Shown here in pieces: positions 17,911 to 28,084 of a DNA stretch of 64,000 nt. The position numbers and the translations under genes were made by a program. Position 1 is the first letter of the stretch; every line of letters starts with the position of its first letter. The notes under the pieces were generated by a model. It saw nothing but the letters and a program-made list of their open reading frames with translations, made no database searches and was not told where the DNA came from. This DNA comes from Terriglobia bacterium (GTDB lineage: Bacteria; Acidobacteriota; Terriglobia; JAJPHL01; JAPKYU01), in the NCBI GenBank assembly GCA_965206645.1, contig CBDBKE010000004.1, forward strand, positions 1,728,001 through 1,792,000, in the 5' to 3' direction.

Positions 17911-17930
17911 TCGGGGTCGCTTCGAACGTC

Positions 17931-18863
17931 ATGAAGATCGGTATCGTCGGAGCCGGATTGGTCGGCAGCACCGCCGCCTACGCCATGGTCATGCGTGGGG
18001 TGGGTAGTGAATTGGTGCTAGTCGATCTACAACGCGCTCGCGCCGAGGCGGAAGCCGAAGACATTCTGCACGCCGCTCCCTTCGCCCATCCGCTGCGGGT
18101 GCGCGCAGGCGACTACCAAGACCTCGAAGGCGCTGGCATAGTGGTGGTCGCCGCCGGGGCCAATCAGAAGCCGGGCGAGTCGCGGCTGGACCTGTTGCAG
18201 CGCAACTACAAGGTGTTCGAGCAGGTCATTGGCCGCATCGTGGCCAACGCGCCAACGGCGATCCTGCTGATTGCGACCAACCCGGTCGATGTCATGGCAC
18301 AGGCCAGCATCCGCATCTCGGGCTTCTCGCGGGAGCGGGTGATCGGCTCCGGCACCATCCTGGACACCGCCCGCTACCGGTCGCTCCTGAGCCGGCATCT
18401 GGAAATCTCGTCGCAGTCGACCCACGCCTATGTGCTGGGCGAGCATGGCGACAGCGAGGTGCTGTGCTGGTCCTCGGCCACCGCCGGGACGACCCCCGTC
18501 CGCACCCTGGCCGAGGAGTTGGGACGACCGCTGACCCCCCAAGTGATGGCCGAGATTGACCGCGGTACGCGGGCCGCCGCGGCCACCATCATCCGCGGCA
18601 AGGGGGCGACCTATTATGGAATCGGCAGCGGCATCGCCCGGTTGGCCCAGGCCGTCGTCAACGACGAGGGCACCATCCTCACCGTTTCCGCTTTGTGCGA
18701 TGGCATCGCCGGGGTCCGCAGTGTATGCCTCTCGCTGCCGCGCATCGTCGACGCGCGGGGGGTGGTGCACGATATTACCCCGGAACTCGATGCAGCGGAG
18801 CACGAGGCGCTGGCGCACAGTGCCTCGATCCTGAAGGAAGCCGCGGAGGCCATCGGCGTCTGA
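17931..18863 (+). CDS. ldh: L-lactate dehydrogenase
   Basis: GAGLVG, GANQKPGESRLDL (Gln specificity residue), TNPVD, LDTAR, GEHGDS, KGATYYGI. Confidence 0.93.
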   Translation: MKIGIVGAGLVGSTAAYAMVMRGVGSELVLVDLQRARAEAEAEDILHAAPFAHPLRVRAGDYQDLEGAGIVVVAAGANQKPGESRLDLLQRNYKVFEQVIGRIVANAPTAILLIATNPVDVMAQASIRISGFSRERVIGSGTILDTARYRSLLSRHLEISSQSTHAYVLGEHGDSEVLCWSSATAGTTPVRTLAEELGRPLTPQVMAEIDRGTRAAAATIIRGKGATYYGIGSGIARLAQAVVNDEGTILTVSALCDGIAGVRSVCLSLPRIVDARGVVHDITPELDAAEHEALAHSASILKEAAEAIGV

Positions 18864-19024
18864 CAGGCCCAGGCTCCCTCCAATCCCCAAGCCTCCCTCA
18901 GGACAGACGCGCGTTGGGCCTGCGGAGAGCCGCGCACAATCCTTCGGCAAATGCCCGGACCGCCCGCCGACCCGCCTGGACGGGTCGGGGACGGCCGAGC
19001 GTGCGGCTTCAGGCTTCTCCAGAG

Positions 19025-20443
19025 TTACAGATCGTAATAGAGGAAGAACTCGTAGGGCACAGGGCGCAGGTTCACCGGGGCCAGTTCACGTTCGCGCTTA
19101 TAGGTGAGCCAGGACTCGATCACGTCGGGCGTGAACACATCGCCGGTCAGTAGCCAGTCGTGGTCCTTCTCCAGCAAGTCCAGCACCTCGCCGAGAGAGC
19201 CCGGGGTGCTCTGGATTTTGGCGGCTTCCTCCGGTTCCAGGTCATAGAGGTCTTTGTCAATCGGCTCGCCGGGATCGATCCGGTTCTGGATTCCGTCCAG
19301 ACCTGCCATCAACTGTGCGGCAAAGCAGAGATAGGGGTTGGCCGAGGGGTCCGGAGGCCGGAACTCGATTCGCTTGGCCTTGGGGCTGGTCGAGTACATC
19401 GGAATGCGGACAGCCGCGCTGCGATTGCGGCGTGAGTAGGCTAGGTTGACCGGTGCTTCGAAGCCGGGCACCAGGCGCCGGTAGGAGTTGGTGGTGGGAG
19501 CGCAGAAGGCCAGCAGCACCGCGGCGTGCTTGAGCAGGCCGCCCGCGTACCACAGGGCCATCTGGCTCAGCCCACCGTAGAGGTCCCCGGCAAACAAGGG
19601 CTTGCCACCTTTCCACAAGCTCTGGTGGGTGTGCATGCCCGAACCGTTGTCGCCAAAGATGGGCTTGGGCATGAAGGTGGCCGTCTTGCCGTGCTTGCGG
19701 GCGACGTTGCGAATGATGTACTTGTACCACATCATGCTGTCGGCCAACTTGGTGAGGGGCCCGTACTTCATATCAATCTCGCCCTGGCCGGCGGTCCCCA
19801 CCTCGTGGTGATGCACCTCAACCGGAACGCCCACCTGTGCCAGTTTCAGGATGATTTCCGAGCGCATGTCCTGCATGCTGTCGGCCGGCGGCACGGGGAA
19901 GTAACCCTCCTTATGGCGCAGCTTGTAGCCCAGGTTGGGATTCTCCTCCCGACCTGAGTTCCAGATGCCTTCTTTGGAATCAATGAAGTAGTAACCGGAC
20001 TGTGCATTCTGGTCATAGCGGACATCGTCAAATATATAGAACTCCGCCTCTGGGCCCCAGTAGCTGGCATCGGCGATTCCGGTGCTCTTCAGGTGGTTTT
20101 CCGCCTTCTGCGCGATGTAGCGAGCATCGCGGGTGTAGCTCTGCAGCGTCACCGGGTCCTTCACGTTGCAGATCAAGTTCAGCGTGGGAACCTCCAGGGT
20201 GGGATCCATCTGGGCCGTCTCCGGGTCGGCGACCAGCAGCATGTCGCTTTCCTGGATGAGCTGGAAGCCGCGAATGCTGGAGCCATCGAAACCGATACCC
20301 TCTTCGAACAGGTCGTCGCTGAGGTCTTCAGCGGGGATGGAGAAATGCTGCCACACCCCGGGCAGGTCTACGAATCGGAAGTCCACAATTTGGGCCCCGG
20401 CGCCTTTTGCCAGTTTTCGAACATCGTCGGGAGTTTTGGCCAT
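19025..20443 (-). CDS. glnA: Glutamine synthetase type I
   Basis: [39 protein letters not shown], adenylylation site DLYDL. AAGGAGG RBS. Confidence 0.97.
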   Translation of the reverse strand: MAKTPDDVRKLAKGAGAQIVDFRFVDLPGVWQHFSIPAEDLSDDLFEEGIGFDGSSIRGFQLIQESDMLLVADPETAQMDPTLEVPTLNLICNVKDPVTLQSYTRDARYIAQKAENHLKSTGIADASYWGPEAEFYIFDDVRYDQNAQSGYYFIDSKEGIWNSGREENPNLGYKLRHKEGYFPVPPADSMQDMRSEIILKLAQVGVPVEVHHHEVGTAGQGEIDMKYGPLTKLADSMMWYKYIIRNVARKHGKTATFMPKPIFGDNGSGMHTHQSLWKGGKPLFAGDLYGGLSQMALWYAGGLLKHAAVLLAFCAPTTNSYRRLVPGFEAPVNLAYSRRNRSAAVRIPMYSTSPKAKRIEFRPPDPSANPYLCFAAQLMAGLDGIQNRIDPGEPIDKDLYDLEPEEAAKIQSTPGSLGEVLDLLEKDHDWLLTGDVFTPDVIESWLTYKRERELAPVNLRPVPYEFFLYYDL

Positions 20444-20488
20444 ACCTAGCCTCCTTAGGTAGTTCGCAGCATAGATAAGCGACCGTCG

Positions 20489-20518
20489 TTTATACAATCC
20501 CCTCTCCCGGCGAGTCAA
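20489..20518 (-). promoter_or_regulatory. glnA sigma70 promoter TTGACT-N18-TATAAA
   Basis: -35 at 20518-20513 and -10 at 20494-20489. Confidence 0.55.
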
Positions 20519-20680
20519 GGCTCTTTCTCTGATGCCATCTATTCAGGAACATAATAGACATCCAGAAAGAGATCGCTTTGTGAGCACACTCGGCCCGCCA
20601 CTTTGAAAACTATGCGGACGGGATGGTGTGGTATACTCCGCGGAGGAGATCCAAGGGCAGAAGCCATCTGAAGGGGAGTC

Positions 20681-21136
20681 ATGGGATCCGCTTATTGGAC
20701 GCTGACGGTTGTTACGGCGGTTGCCCTGTTGGCGTTGCCGGTAGGCTTGGCTGAGGAAAGCTTGGCAAACGCCCAGGACGCCGCCGGAGTGCAAATGTTC
20801 TGGCGTCCTCACACCCCCAAGAGCGACGGCTCGTTGTTCGGAGCCCTGGGAGACTTCGGGCGCAGGAGCGAGGAGGATCGGCTGTTACGCTCGAGGGGAC
20901 TGATCCGGCCCTTACACTTCCGCTACAAGAATTTTACCTACGAACGCGACTATTTCCACCTCTACAAGGGGTTCCGACTGCACAGCTTTCTGGATGGAAA
21001 GGTGGACGTGGGGTTGTACAAACACAGCCTCTACCTGGGCTTGACACCGGGCCCGGCTGGGGCCTTCCTCCCCTCCAGCTCCAAGCGTCTGGAATTGATG
21101 ATCCGCTGGAACCTCAACCAACGCAGGACGCGCTAA
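20681..21136 (+). CDS. Hypothetical exported protein
   Basis: Signal-peptide-like N-terminus, GGGGAG RBS, TGnTATACT at 20629-20637. Confidence 0.65.
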   Translation: MGSAYWTLTVVTAVALLALPVGLAEESLANAQDAAGVQMFWRPHTPKSDGSLFGALGDFGRRSEEDRLLRSRGLIRPLHFRYKNFTYERDYFHLYKGFRLHSFLDGKVDVGLYKHSLYLGLTPGPAGAFLPSSSKRLELMIRWNLNQRRTR

Positions 21137-21242
21137 GGCTACACGCTCTTCTCACTTCCCGCTGGCGACGCCACAGCCTCCGCCCTAGAGCTGCGCCTCG
21201 GAGGAAAGCCGGTTTCCTAGCCTAGCATCCTAAGAACGCAAG

Positions 21243-22514
21243 TCAGGCAGTTTGCTCTTGTGGCTTCACAGGGCGCACGGTTTCGCGCAAAGGCAGGATG
21301 CCCTCGCCGGGCTGGTGCAACCCAAGCAGAACCAGGAGCCAGCTTTGCAGATACTGGGGAAGGAGTGCGTTGGTCCGAACGTATTCTTGCGCCAAGACAC
21401 CCATGCGCGCCGCCAGAGCCCGATTGACCAGCAATTCGCGCAAGTACCAGGCGGTGCCCTCGATGGTGTTGACCAGGTAGCCTGTTTCCCCGTGGAGGAT
21501 TTGTCGACGGATGCCGCCGACATTTCCGCCGATGACCGGCTTGCATTTCCACATCGCCTCAGTCACCACCAACCCAAAGCCTTCGCGGATGGATTTTTGC
21601 ACCACCACGGTGGCGGCCCGCTGCAGGGCGTTGATCTCAAAATGGCTGTCCGGAGGTAGATCCAAAATGAAGACATTAGGATCTTCAGCAACCTGCTGCC
21701 GGACCTCGGCCAGCACCTCCTGGCCTTCCGGGTCGTCGGCCGCAGCCCCGCCAGCCAGCAGAAGCTGGCAATCCACCCATCTGCCTAGTTGCCGGTAGGC
21801 CTGGATAACTCCCACGGGGTCCTTGAGCCGATCAAAGCGCGAAACCTGCGCTACAATTGGGCGGCCCGGGTCCATGCCGAATTTCTTCAAAACATGAGTT
21901 ATTTCACTCTCAGTGAGCTCGCGGTTCTTCTCGGAAAACGGATCAATTGCCGGCGGGATGACGTACTGCTCAATGTGCAACTCCTGAGCATACTCGGGCA
22001 GGTGAAAGAGGGCCGCATTACAGCGTTCGACGTAGGGGCGAAGAAAACCCCAGACCATTGGATCCGCGTCGGAGAGATCAATGTGGCAGCGCCAGATCCA
22101 ACGGCCCGGATGCCCAGCCCGCATTTCGGCCAGCCCCGCCGGTTGAGGATCGTGCAACACGACGACGTCCGCCTTGGGATCCACCTTGGCATAGTTACTT
22201 TCCTGGACTTGCTTGTAACATTGCAGCATGGGCAGCGTGATCTGGGTGGGTTGCCCGTGCAGCCCGTTGTGAAACGCCTTCGTCACTTCGAAGAACTCCG
22301 GGGTGCCGTCGAGAACCGTCCAGGAAGCATCCAAGCCTAATTCCCGCATCAGTGGCACCAGCCGCATCAGAATTTCGGCCACGCCGCCCCCCAGCGCAGT
22401 GGAGTTGATGTGTTGTACTCGAAGCCCTTTCAAGGGAGCCGCCAGAAGCCGCAGGTCGTGGAGTTCGCCTTCGCCGACCAGTGGGGCGTAGTCCTCCAGG
22501 CGAATCGCACTCAT
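21243..22514 (-). CDS. treT: Trehalose synthase TreT-like GT4 glycosyltransferase
   Basis: HINSTALGGGVAEIL, HDPQP, WRCHID, QVSRFDRLKDP, QKSIREGFGLVVTEAMWK. ATGA overlap with the upstream gene. Confidence 0.85.
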   Translation of the reverse strand: MSAIRLEDYAPLVGEGELHDLRLLAAPLKGLRVQHINSTALGGGVAEILMRLVPLMRELGLDASWTVLDGTPEFFEVTKAFHNGLHGQPTQITLPMLQCYKQVQESNYAKVDPKADVVVLHDPQPAGLAEMRAGHPGRWIWRCHIDLSDADPMVWGFLRPYVERCNAALFHLPEYAQELHIEQYVIPPAIDPFSEKNRELTESEITHVLKKFGMDPGRPIVAQVSRFDRLKDPVGVIQAYRQLGRWVDCQLLLAGGAAADDPEGQEVLAEVRQQVAEDPNVFILDLPPDSHFEINALQRAATVVVQKSIREGFGLVVTEAMWKCKPVIGGNVGGIRRQILHGETGYLVNTIEGTAWYLRELLVNRALAARMGVLAQEYVRTNALLPQYLQSWLLVLLGLHQPGEGILPLRETVRPVKPQEQTA

Positions 22515-23191
22515 GTCCCGCACCTCTGTCGTACGAGTTCGACGATCCGGCTCCGCACTTCGGGGAGGCTATTAAAGTAGGGGCTCAGCCGATTAATTTG
22601 CGCGGCCAGTTCCCCCTCTCCGAAGACAGTTTCCAACCACAGGGAATAGTCGTTGCTGGGAAGGCCCATTCGCAGGCGCGTCTCGATGAAGTGAAAGAAC
22701 AACGAGCTCAAGCTGGACCGCTCGATGCAGGCAGCCAGTTCGCGGAGATCGTGGGCTACCAGGCCGGTGGGGAAGACAAAGCTTTTCAAGGCAAGAAACC
22801 GAAATTCTTCGCCGTCGCGGACCCGCACCGAGTACTCGCTGCTCCCGACAGCCTCCTCCAGGTAGCGGATCAACCGCTCGCGCGTGGCCCGCACGCTGCC
22901 GAACTCTAAGGGGTCAATGACCGCCAGCCGCTCGGCCAGGCGCGGCTCCTGGAAATTCATGACCACCCAGCGGGCGAAGTCATTCTTGTATTCGAAGGTG
23001 GTGAAGTGCCGCCGCCGCAGGGCGTGGAAAAAGTGGTAGAAGATGGAAGCCCCGCTGACTTTCCGAATGCATTCCAGCAGGGAGCGAAGGCTGTCGGCCC
23101 GCCGGGGGGTGTACAGGGCTAGGTTGGATTCCGTGTAGAAGCGAAACGCGTCAACCACAGCTTTTTCCCACGCCTCCTGCTCCCCTCGCAC
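22511..23191 (-). CDS. DUF5752-family protein (TreT-associated)
   Basis: Internal duplication: SIFYHF...NDFARW and SLFFHF...NDYSLW. Typical neighbour of treT. Confidence 0.75.
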   Translation of the reverse strand: MRGEQEAWEKAVVDAFRFYTESNLALYTPRRADSLRSLLECIRKVSGASIFYHFFHALRRRHFTTFEYKNDFARWVVMNFQEPRLAERLAVIDPLEFGSVRATRERLIRYLEEAVGSSEYSVRVRDGEEFRFLALKSFVFPTGLVAHDLRELAACIERSSLSSLFFHFIETRLRMGLPSNDYSLWLETVFGEGELAAQINRLSPYFNSLPEVRSRIVELVRQRCGT

Positions 23192-23529
23192 CTGTCTGAT
23201 CGCGCTGTCCCTGTGCGGCCGTTTCCGTACCAGGCAGCTCCAAGCGCGCTGGAGAAAGTCGGAGAGCTTCTCCGGACGGGTCAGCCGGACTGGTTAGGTA
23301 GAAAGGCGCGCGCGAACTGCGCACCCTCTTGCCGACCCGCACCGCGAAGCCTCCTTGCGAGACCACGGCGAAAGCCGGCTCATCGCCCACGTCGTCGCCA
23401 AAATAAAATAGCACAGAGGGGCCGCTCCATACTAGGAGCCAGCCTTCCGTCGAAATCGAAGAGTAACAGCAGGGGGGGTTGTTCAAGCTCTCGTGATATC
23501 TGCGGCCAATGCCCCCAGGGGCTCCGCAT
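23151..23529 (-). pseudogene. otsB: Trehalose-6-phosphate phosphatase remnant (large internal deletion with frameshift)
   Basis: ATG 23529 gives ...LLLLFDFDGRLAPSMERP (HAD motif I), joined out of frame near 23418 to YFGDDVGDEPAF...AVRVG (HAD motif IV). Confidence 0.8.
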
Positions 23530-25006
23530 GGCCCAGTTCCTCAGATAGATCGGAGAGCTTTTCCACGATGCGAGTAGCCCAGCAGTAAATGTTTTCCCGC
23601 GCCACCGTCTGTCGCAGTTGCCGCATGCGCAGGCGCGCCTCCTCAGGGTCCATTTCCAGGGCCCCCCGGATGGCTTCGGCAAACTCGTCGGTAGCGTAGG
23701 GATTGACCAGCACGGCCTCGCGCAGTTCTCGCGAGGCGCCGGTGAAAGGACTCAATAGCAGCACCCCGGCTTCGTCGAAACGGGCGCTGACAAATTCCTT
23801 GGCCACCAGGTTCATCCCGTCGTGCAGCGAGCTGACGATGCACAGGTCGGCCAGACGGTACAGGGCGTATAGACTGACCGGATCAAAATGCTCTTTGACG
23901 AACACGATGGGCTGCCAGCCCTCTCTCTGGTGCCTGTGGTTAATCTCCTCGACCAGCCGCTCCAGTTCTTCTTCCACCTGCTGGTACTGAGGAATGCGAG
24001 ACCGGGTGGGGACACCTGCCTGCATCAGGGTGAACCGGCCCCGGTATTCAGGGTACTTCATCAGAAACCGATCCACCGCCTGAAACCGCTCTGCGATTCC
24101 CTTCGTATAGTCCAGCCGATCGACACCGAGCGCCACGAATTGGCCCCTGAGTTGGAAGCGCCGGCGCAACCGACCCATCTCCGCACACACTTCGGCTGTC
24201 TCGGCTGCCTCCTGGATGGCCTCAAAGTCCACGCTGATCGGAAAGGAACGCACTTTCGTGGTTGCACCCTTGTAAGTCACCGCCCGCAGCTCGTTGTCCA
24301 CTCGGGCCTCCAGAACTCTGGCGACCGTGTCCAGAAAATTCATGCAGTGGTAGCGGAGATGAAAGCCCAGGATGTCGTTGCCCAGCAATCCCTCCAGGAT
24401 CTCCTCCTGCCAGGGGCAGATGCGGAAAACCTCCGGATTCGGCCAGGGAATGTGCCAGAACTGCGCGGTGATGGCGTCCGGGCAACGCTCCTTGATCATG
24501 CGCGAGAGCAAAGCCAGATGATAGTCCTGGATGAAGACAAAGGCGCGCTCCCCGCCAATCTCCTCGGCGATCGCGTCAGCAAACCGGGCATTGACCTCCT
24601 GGTAAGCTTTCCAGTGCGCTTCCTCGAAAACTGGCCGCTGGTAGACAACGTGGCACAAGGGCCACAAGGCTTGGTTCGCGAAGCCGTAATAGTACAGGTC
24701 TTCCTGTTCCTGGCTCAGCCAGACGCGCTTGAGGGTGTATCGGGGTCGCTTGGGAGGAACGGCGATCGAGTCGCGAAAGTCCACCACCTCCCGGTCCCCA
24801 TCCCCACTGCCGTGGGCCACCCACAGTCCGCGAGCCGCACGCAGGACGGGATCCAAGGCCCGGGTCACCCCACTAGCCGGCTGCACGCAAACAATCCGTC
24901 CGTCCTCCCAACGATGAACAAACGGCTCCCGGTTGGAAACCACCACGAACTTGCCACCGTTCAATCGCTCTAGGACGGTGTTCCTGAGGGTTTCCTCGGT
25001 ATGCAT
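23483..25006 (-). CDS. otsA: Trehalose-6-phosphate synthase
   Basis: VVSNREP, YYGFANQALWPLCH, QDYHL, HIPWP, GVDRLDYTKG, DGMNLVAKEF. Confidence 0.95.
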   Translation of the reverse strand: MHTEETLRNTVLERLNGGKFVVVSNREPFVHRWEDGRIVCVQPASGVTRALDPVLRAARGLWVAHGSGDGDREVVDFRDSIAVPPKRPRYTLKRVWLSQEQEDLYYYGFANQALWPLCHVVYQRPVFEEAHWKAYQEVNARFADAIAEEIGGERAFVFIQDYHLALLSRMIKERCPDAITAQFWHIPWPNPEVFRICPWQEEILEGLLGNDILGFHLRYHCMNFLDTVARVLEARVDNELRAVTYKGATTKVRSFPISVDFEAIQEAAETAEVCAEMGRLRRRFQLRGQFVALGVDRLDYTKGIAERFQAVDRFLMKYPEYRGRFTLMQAGVPTRSRIPQYQQVEEELERLVEEINHRHQREGWQPIVFVKEHFDPVSLYALYRLADLCIVSSLHDGMNLVAKEFVSARFDEAGVLLLSPFTGASRELREAVLVNPYATDEFAEAIRGALEMDPEEARLRMRQLRQTVARENIYCWATRIVEKLSDLSEELGHAEPLGALAADITRA

Positions 25007-25117
25007 ATATGATTTATTGTACTTCTGAAGGGGAGGGAGACGGGTATCGGGTGGAAGTTGTATTTTGCCAATGGGATTCCGCTACCCCAAGCAGAGGGGG
25101 TCCTACCATGGCAGTAA

Positions 25118-27169
25118 CTAGGTATTGTGCATACGAGGGTCCCGGGGATCGTCGGGAGGTGGCTGTGCCGCCACGGCCCCGGAATCCTTCACAAAGAACG
25201 CAGCCACCGCGGCTAGTTGCTCGGGCCGGCCCAGCAGCAGAACTCTATCTTCTTCCCCAATCACCTCACTGGAGGCTGGGTTCACCACCAGGTTCCCATC
25301 ACTCCGCTGAATGGCTAAGACCGTGGTCCCGGTGTTCTGTCGGATGCCGGATTCCGCCAACCGCTTGCCTACCACCCGGCTGCCAGAGTCTACGCGATAG
25401 ACCTCCATTGCCAAATTGCGGAGAAACCGCTGCACCCCTTCGGCCGGGCGGTGAGCCGCGTAGAGCGTCCGGAACATTTCGTACCCGTCCCGGCGAACCT
25501 CACCGACGCACCGCTCGATGATGTCCCTTGGAACGAGATATCGGTGAAGAACTCGGGAGAAGATCTCGATCGAAGTCTCAAACTCCTCCGGGACCACCTC
25601 GTGGGCGCCGACCGCCACCAGCGGCTCCATTTCCTGCAAGTACCGGCTTCGCACGATGATGTAGGCTGCCGGATTTAGACGGCGAGCGATGTCCGCAGTA
25701 CGCCGGCTGGCCGCCGCATCGGAAATGGCGACCACCACCACCCGAGCTTTCGCAATGCCGACGTGGCGCAGAAGATCGGCGTGCGTCGCATCCCCGTAGA
25801 CAACCGCGACACCCTTCTCGCGAGCGGCCCTGGCGACGGCCGGGTTCATTTCCAACACGATGAACGGGATCCCAACGTGCTCCAGAACACGGGCCAGGTT
25901 GCGCCCATTCAGTCCGTAGCCGATTACGACGACGTGATCTTCGAGCAGCCGCACTTTGTCCGCGTCGGCCAACGGCAGTTCCCTGCCAGTCGCCCAGCGA
26001 CCGGGAACGCGGGGCTCCAGCCAGCCGGCCAACCGGCGGGCGGCAGCGCCCAGCGCCGGCGTGAGCGCCATCGTGCCAACCGCCACAGCCAGAAACAACT
26101 GGTTCAGGCGGTCATCCAGCAGCCCCGCCTGCAGACCCACCTTGGACAACACAAACGAGAACTCGCCGATTTGTGCCAGCCCAAAACCGGTGAGCACAGC
26201 CACTCGCATGGAGAAGCCCAGAGCGAACGTCACACTGGCGGCCACGCCGGCCTTTATCACAAGAATCGCCAGCATACTTCCTACGACCGCCACCGGGGAC
26301 AACAACAGGGTGCGCACGTCAAATAGCATCCCAATGGAGATGAAGAACAGGCTGTTGAACACCTCGCGGAAAGGAAGCACCTCGCCCAGCGCCTGGTGGC
26401 TGTACTCCGACTCGGAGATAATCAGCCCGGCGATAAAGGCGCCCAAGGCCAGCGACAGGCCCACCTGGGCGGCCGCCCAGGCCGCACCCAGGCACAACAG
26501 CATGATCGTCAGAAGAAAGACCTCGCGCTTGCGGGTCTCGACCACCTGGTGGAGCAACCAGGGAATCAGATAACGGGCGCCGACTATAGCCGCGATCACG
26601 AACATGAGCGCCTTGGCGGCAACCAGGGCCACGGCAGCCACCTCTACTCCCGGTCCCGCCAAGAAAGGGGCCAGCAGGAGCATGGGGACGATGCAAAGGT
26701 CTTGGAAAATGAGAATGCCCAGAGACGTTCGACCGTGAGGGCTGTCCATCTCCCCGCGGTCGGCCAGCAGGCGCATCACGATCACCGTGCTGCTCAGAGA
26801 AACCAACATGCCTAGATAGATGGCCAACGCCAGGCTCATTCCCCACAGGCGCGCCAGTGCGAGGATGGCGGCCAGTGTCAGCGCCACCTGAAGCCCACCC
26901 CCCACTAGCAGGAAGGTCCGCAGGCGCACCAGTTTCTCGATGGAAACCTCAATCCCCACGGTAAACAGCAGGAGAACAACTCCAATCTCGGCAAGGAATT
27001 CAACTTCGTGGACACCGTCGATCAATCCAAACCCATACGGCCCGCAGACCACCCCGGTGATCAAGAAACCCACAACCGGCGGCAGATTGGCGCGATGGAA
27101 CGCAACCACCACCGCGATACTGAGGCCGAACAGGATCAGCAGATCCTGCAGGAAATTCAGTTCAGGCAT
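25118..27169 (-). CDS. CPA2/Kef-type cation:proton antiporter with TrkA-N and TrkA-C domains
   Basis: EIGVVLLLF, LSST, ILIFQD, QIGEFSFV, GYGLNG Rossmann motif, C-terminal RCK-C. Confidence 0.92.
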   Translation of the reverse strand: MPELNFLQDLLILFGLSIAVVVAFHRANLPPVVGFLITGVVCGPYGFGLIDGVHEVEFLAEIGVVLLLFTVGIEVSIEKLVRLRTFLLVGGGLQVALTLAAILALARLWGMSLALAIYLGMLVSLSSTVIVMRLLADRGEMDSPHGRTSLGILIFQDLCIVPMLLLAPFLAGPGVEVAAVALVAAKALMFVIAAIVGARYLIPWLLHQVVETRKREVFLLTIMLLCLGAAWAAAQVGLSLALGAFIAGLIISESEYSHQALGEVLPFREVFNSLFFISIGMLFDVRTLLLSPVAVVGSMLAILVIKAGVAASVTFALGFSMRVAVLTGFGLAQIGEFSFVLSKVGLQAGLLDDRLNQLFLAVAVGTMALTPALGAAARRLAGWLEPRVPGRWATGRELPLADADKVRLLEDHVVVIGYGLNGRNLARVLEHVGIPFIVLEMNPAVARAAREKGVAVVYGDATHADLLRHVGIAKARVVVVAISDAAASRRTADIARRLNPAAYIIVRSRYLQEMEPLVAVGAHEVVPEEFETSIEIFSRVLHRYLVPRDIIERCVGEVRRDGYEMFRTLYAAHRPAEGVQRFLRNLAMEVYRVDSGSRVVGKRLAESGIRQNTGTTVLAIQRSDGNLVVNPASSEVIGEEDRVLLLGRPEQLAAVAAFFVKDSGAVAAQPPPDDPRDPRMHNT

Positions 27170-27433
27170 TGCTTCCCGTTTCCCCCGACATCAGAACCGA
27201 ATGTGCTCGCGCGAGGGCTGGTACCAGAGGTGATCTTCCTACTGGGAACTGCATCTCGGGGTAGCATTGTTCCTGCCGGCGAGCGACTCCGTGTCCCTTC
27301 TGCGCAGAAGTCCAGCAGGTTACTGAATTGCTCGGAGGAACCTCTTCTTGACATGGGGAGCGCGGCCGCTGCAACAACTTCGCCGGACCGCGACCCTGAG
27401 GAAACGCGAAGGCCAGCTCGCCTCTGCAGCCTG

Positions 27434-28084
27434 CTAGGAAATCACGCCCTTGCGGACCGCGTAGAGAACAATTTCCGCCGTGCTGTGCACATCCAACTTC
27501 TCCATAATGTGGGCGCGGTGGGTTTCCACGGTGCTGACACTCAGCGAGAGCAGGTCGGCCATCTCCTTGTTGCTGTGGCCCTCAGCAATCAGTTGAAAGA
27601 TTTCCCGCTCCCGTTCCGACAGGGAATCGTAGCGATCGGTGATTCCCCGCTCGGCCAGATGGCGCACATAATCATCCAGCATCACCTTGGCCACCGCCGG
27701 GCTGAAGAACGACTTGCCTTGCCCAACGGCAGCCACTGCCCGAATCAAGTCCGCATCGGCGGAATCCTTCAGCAGGTAGCCTTTGGCGCCCGCCTGCAAG
27801 ACTTGCAGGATGTAAGCCTCGTCCGAGTACATGCTCAGGATCAGCACCCGCACTTCGGGTGCCCGGCGGGTGATCTGGCCAGTGGCTTCGATGCCGTTCA
27901 GCAAGGGCATGGCAATGTCCAGAACGGCCACATGGGGCCTGTGTTCCAGCGCCAGACGAACGGCTTCGCGTCCGTCGCCAGCTTCACCCACCACCTCCCA
28001 GTCAGGCCGCTCTTCCAGGATTTTCCGCAGGCCCTGGCGCATCAGGGTGTGGTCGTCGGCTAGCAAAATGCCAAGTTTGGCCAT
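27434..28084 (-). CDS. NarL/LuxR-family response regulator
   Basis: LADDH, LDIAMP, LSEREREI, TVETHR. Confidence 0.95.
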   Translation of the reverse strand: MAKLGILLADDHTLMRQGLRKILEERPDWEVVGEAGDGREAVRLALEHRPHVAVLDIAMPLLNGIEATGQITRRAPEVRVLILSMYSDEAYILQVLQAGAKGYLLKDSADADLIRAVAAVGQGKSFFSPAVAKVMLDDYVRHLAERGITDRYDSLSEREREIFQLIAEGHSNKEMADLLSLSVSTVETHRAHIMEKLDVHSTAEIVLYAVRKGVIS

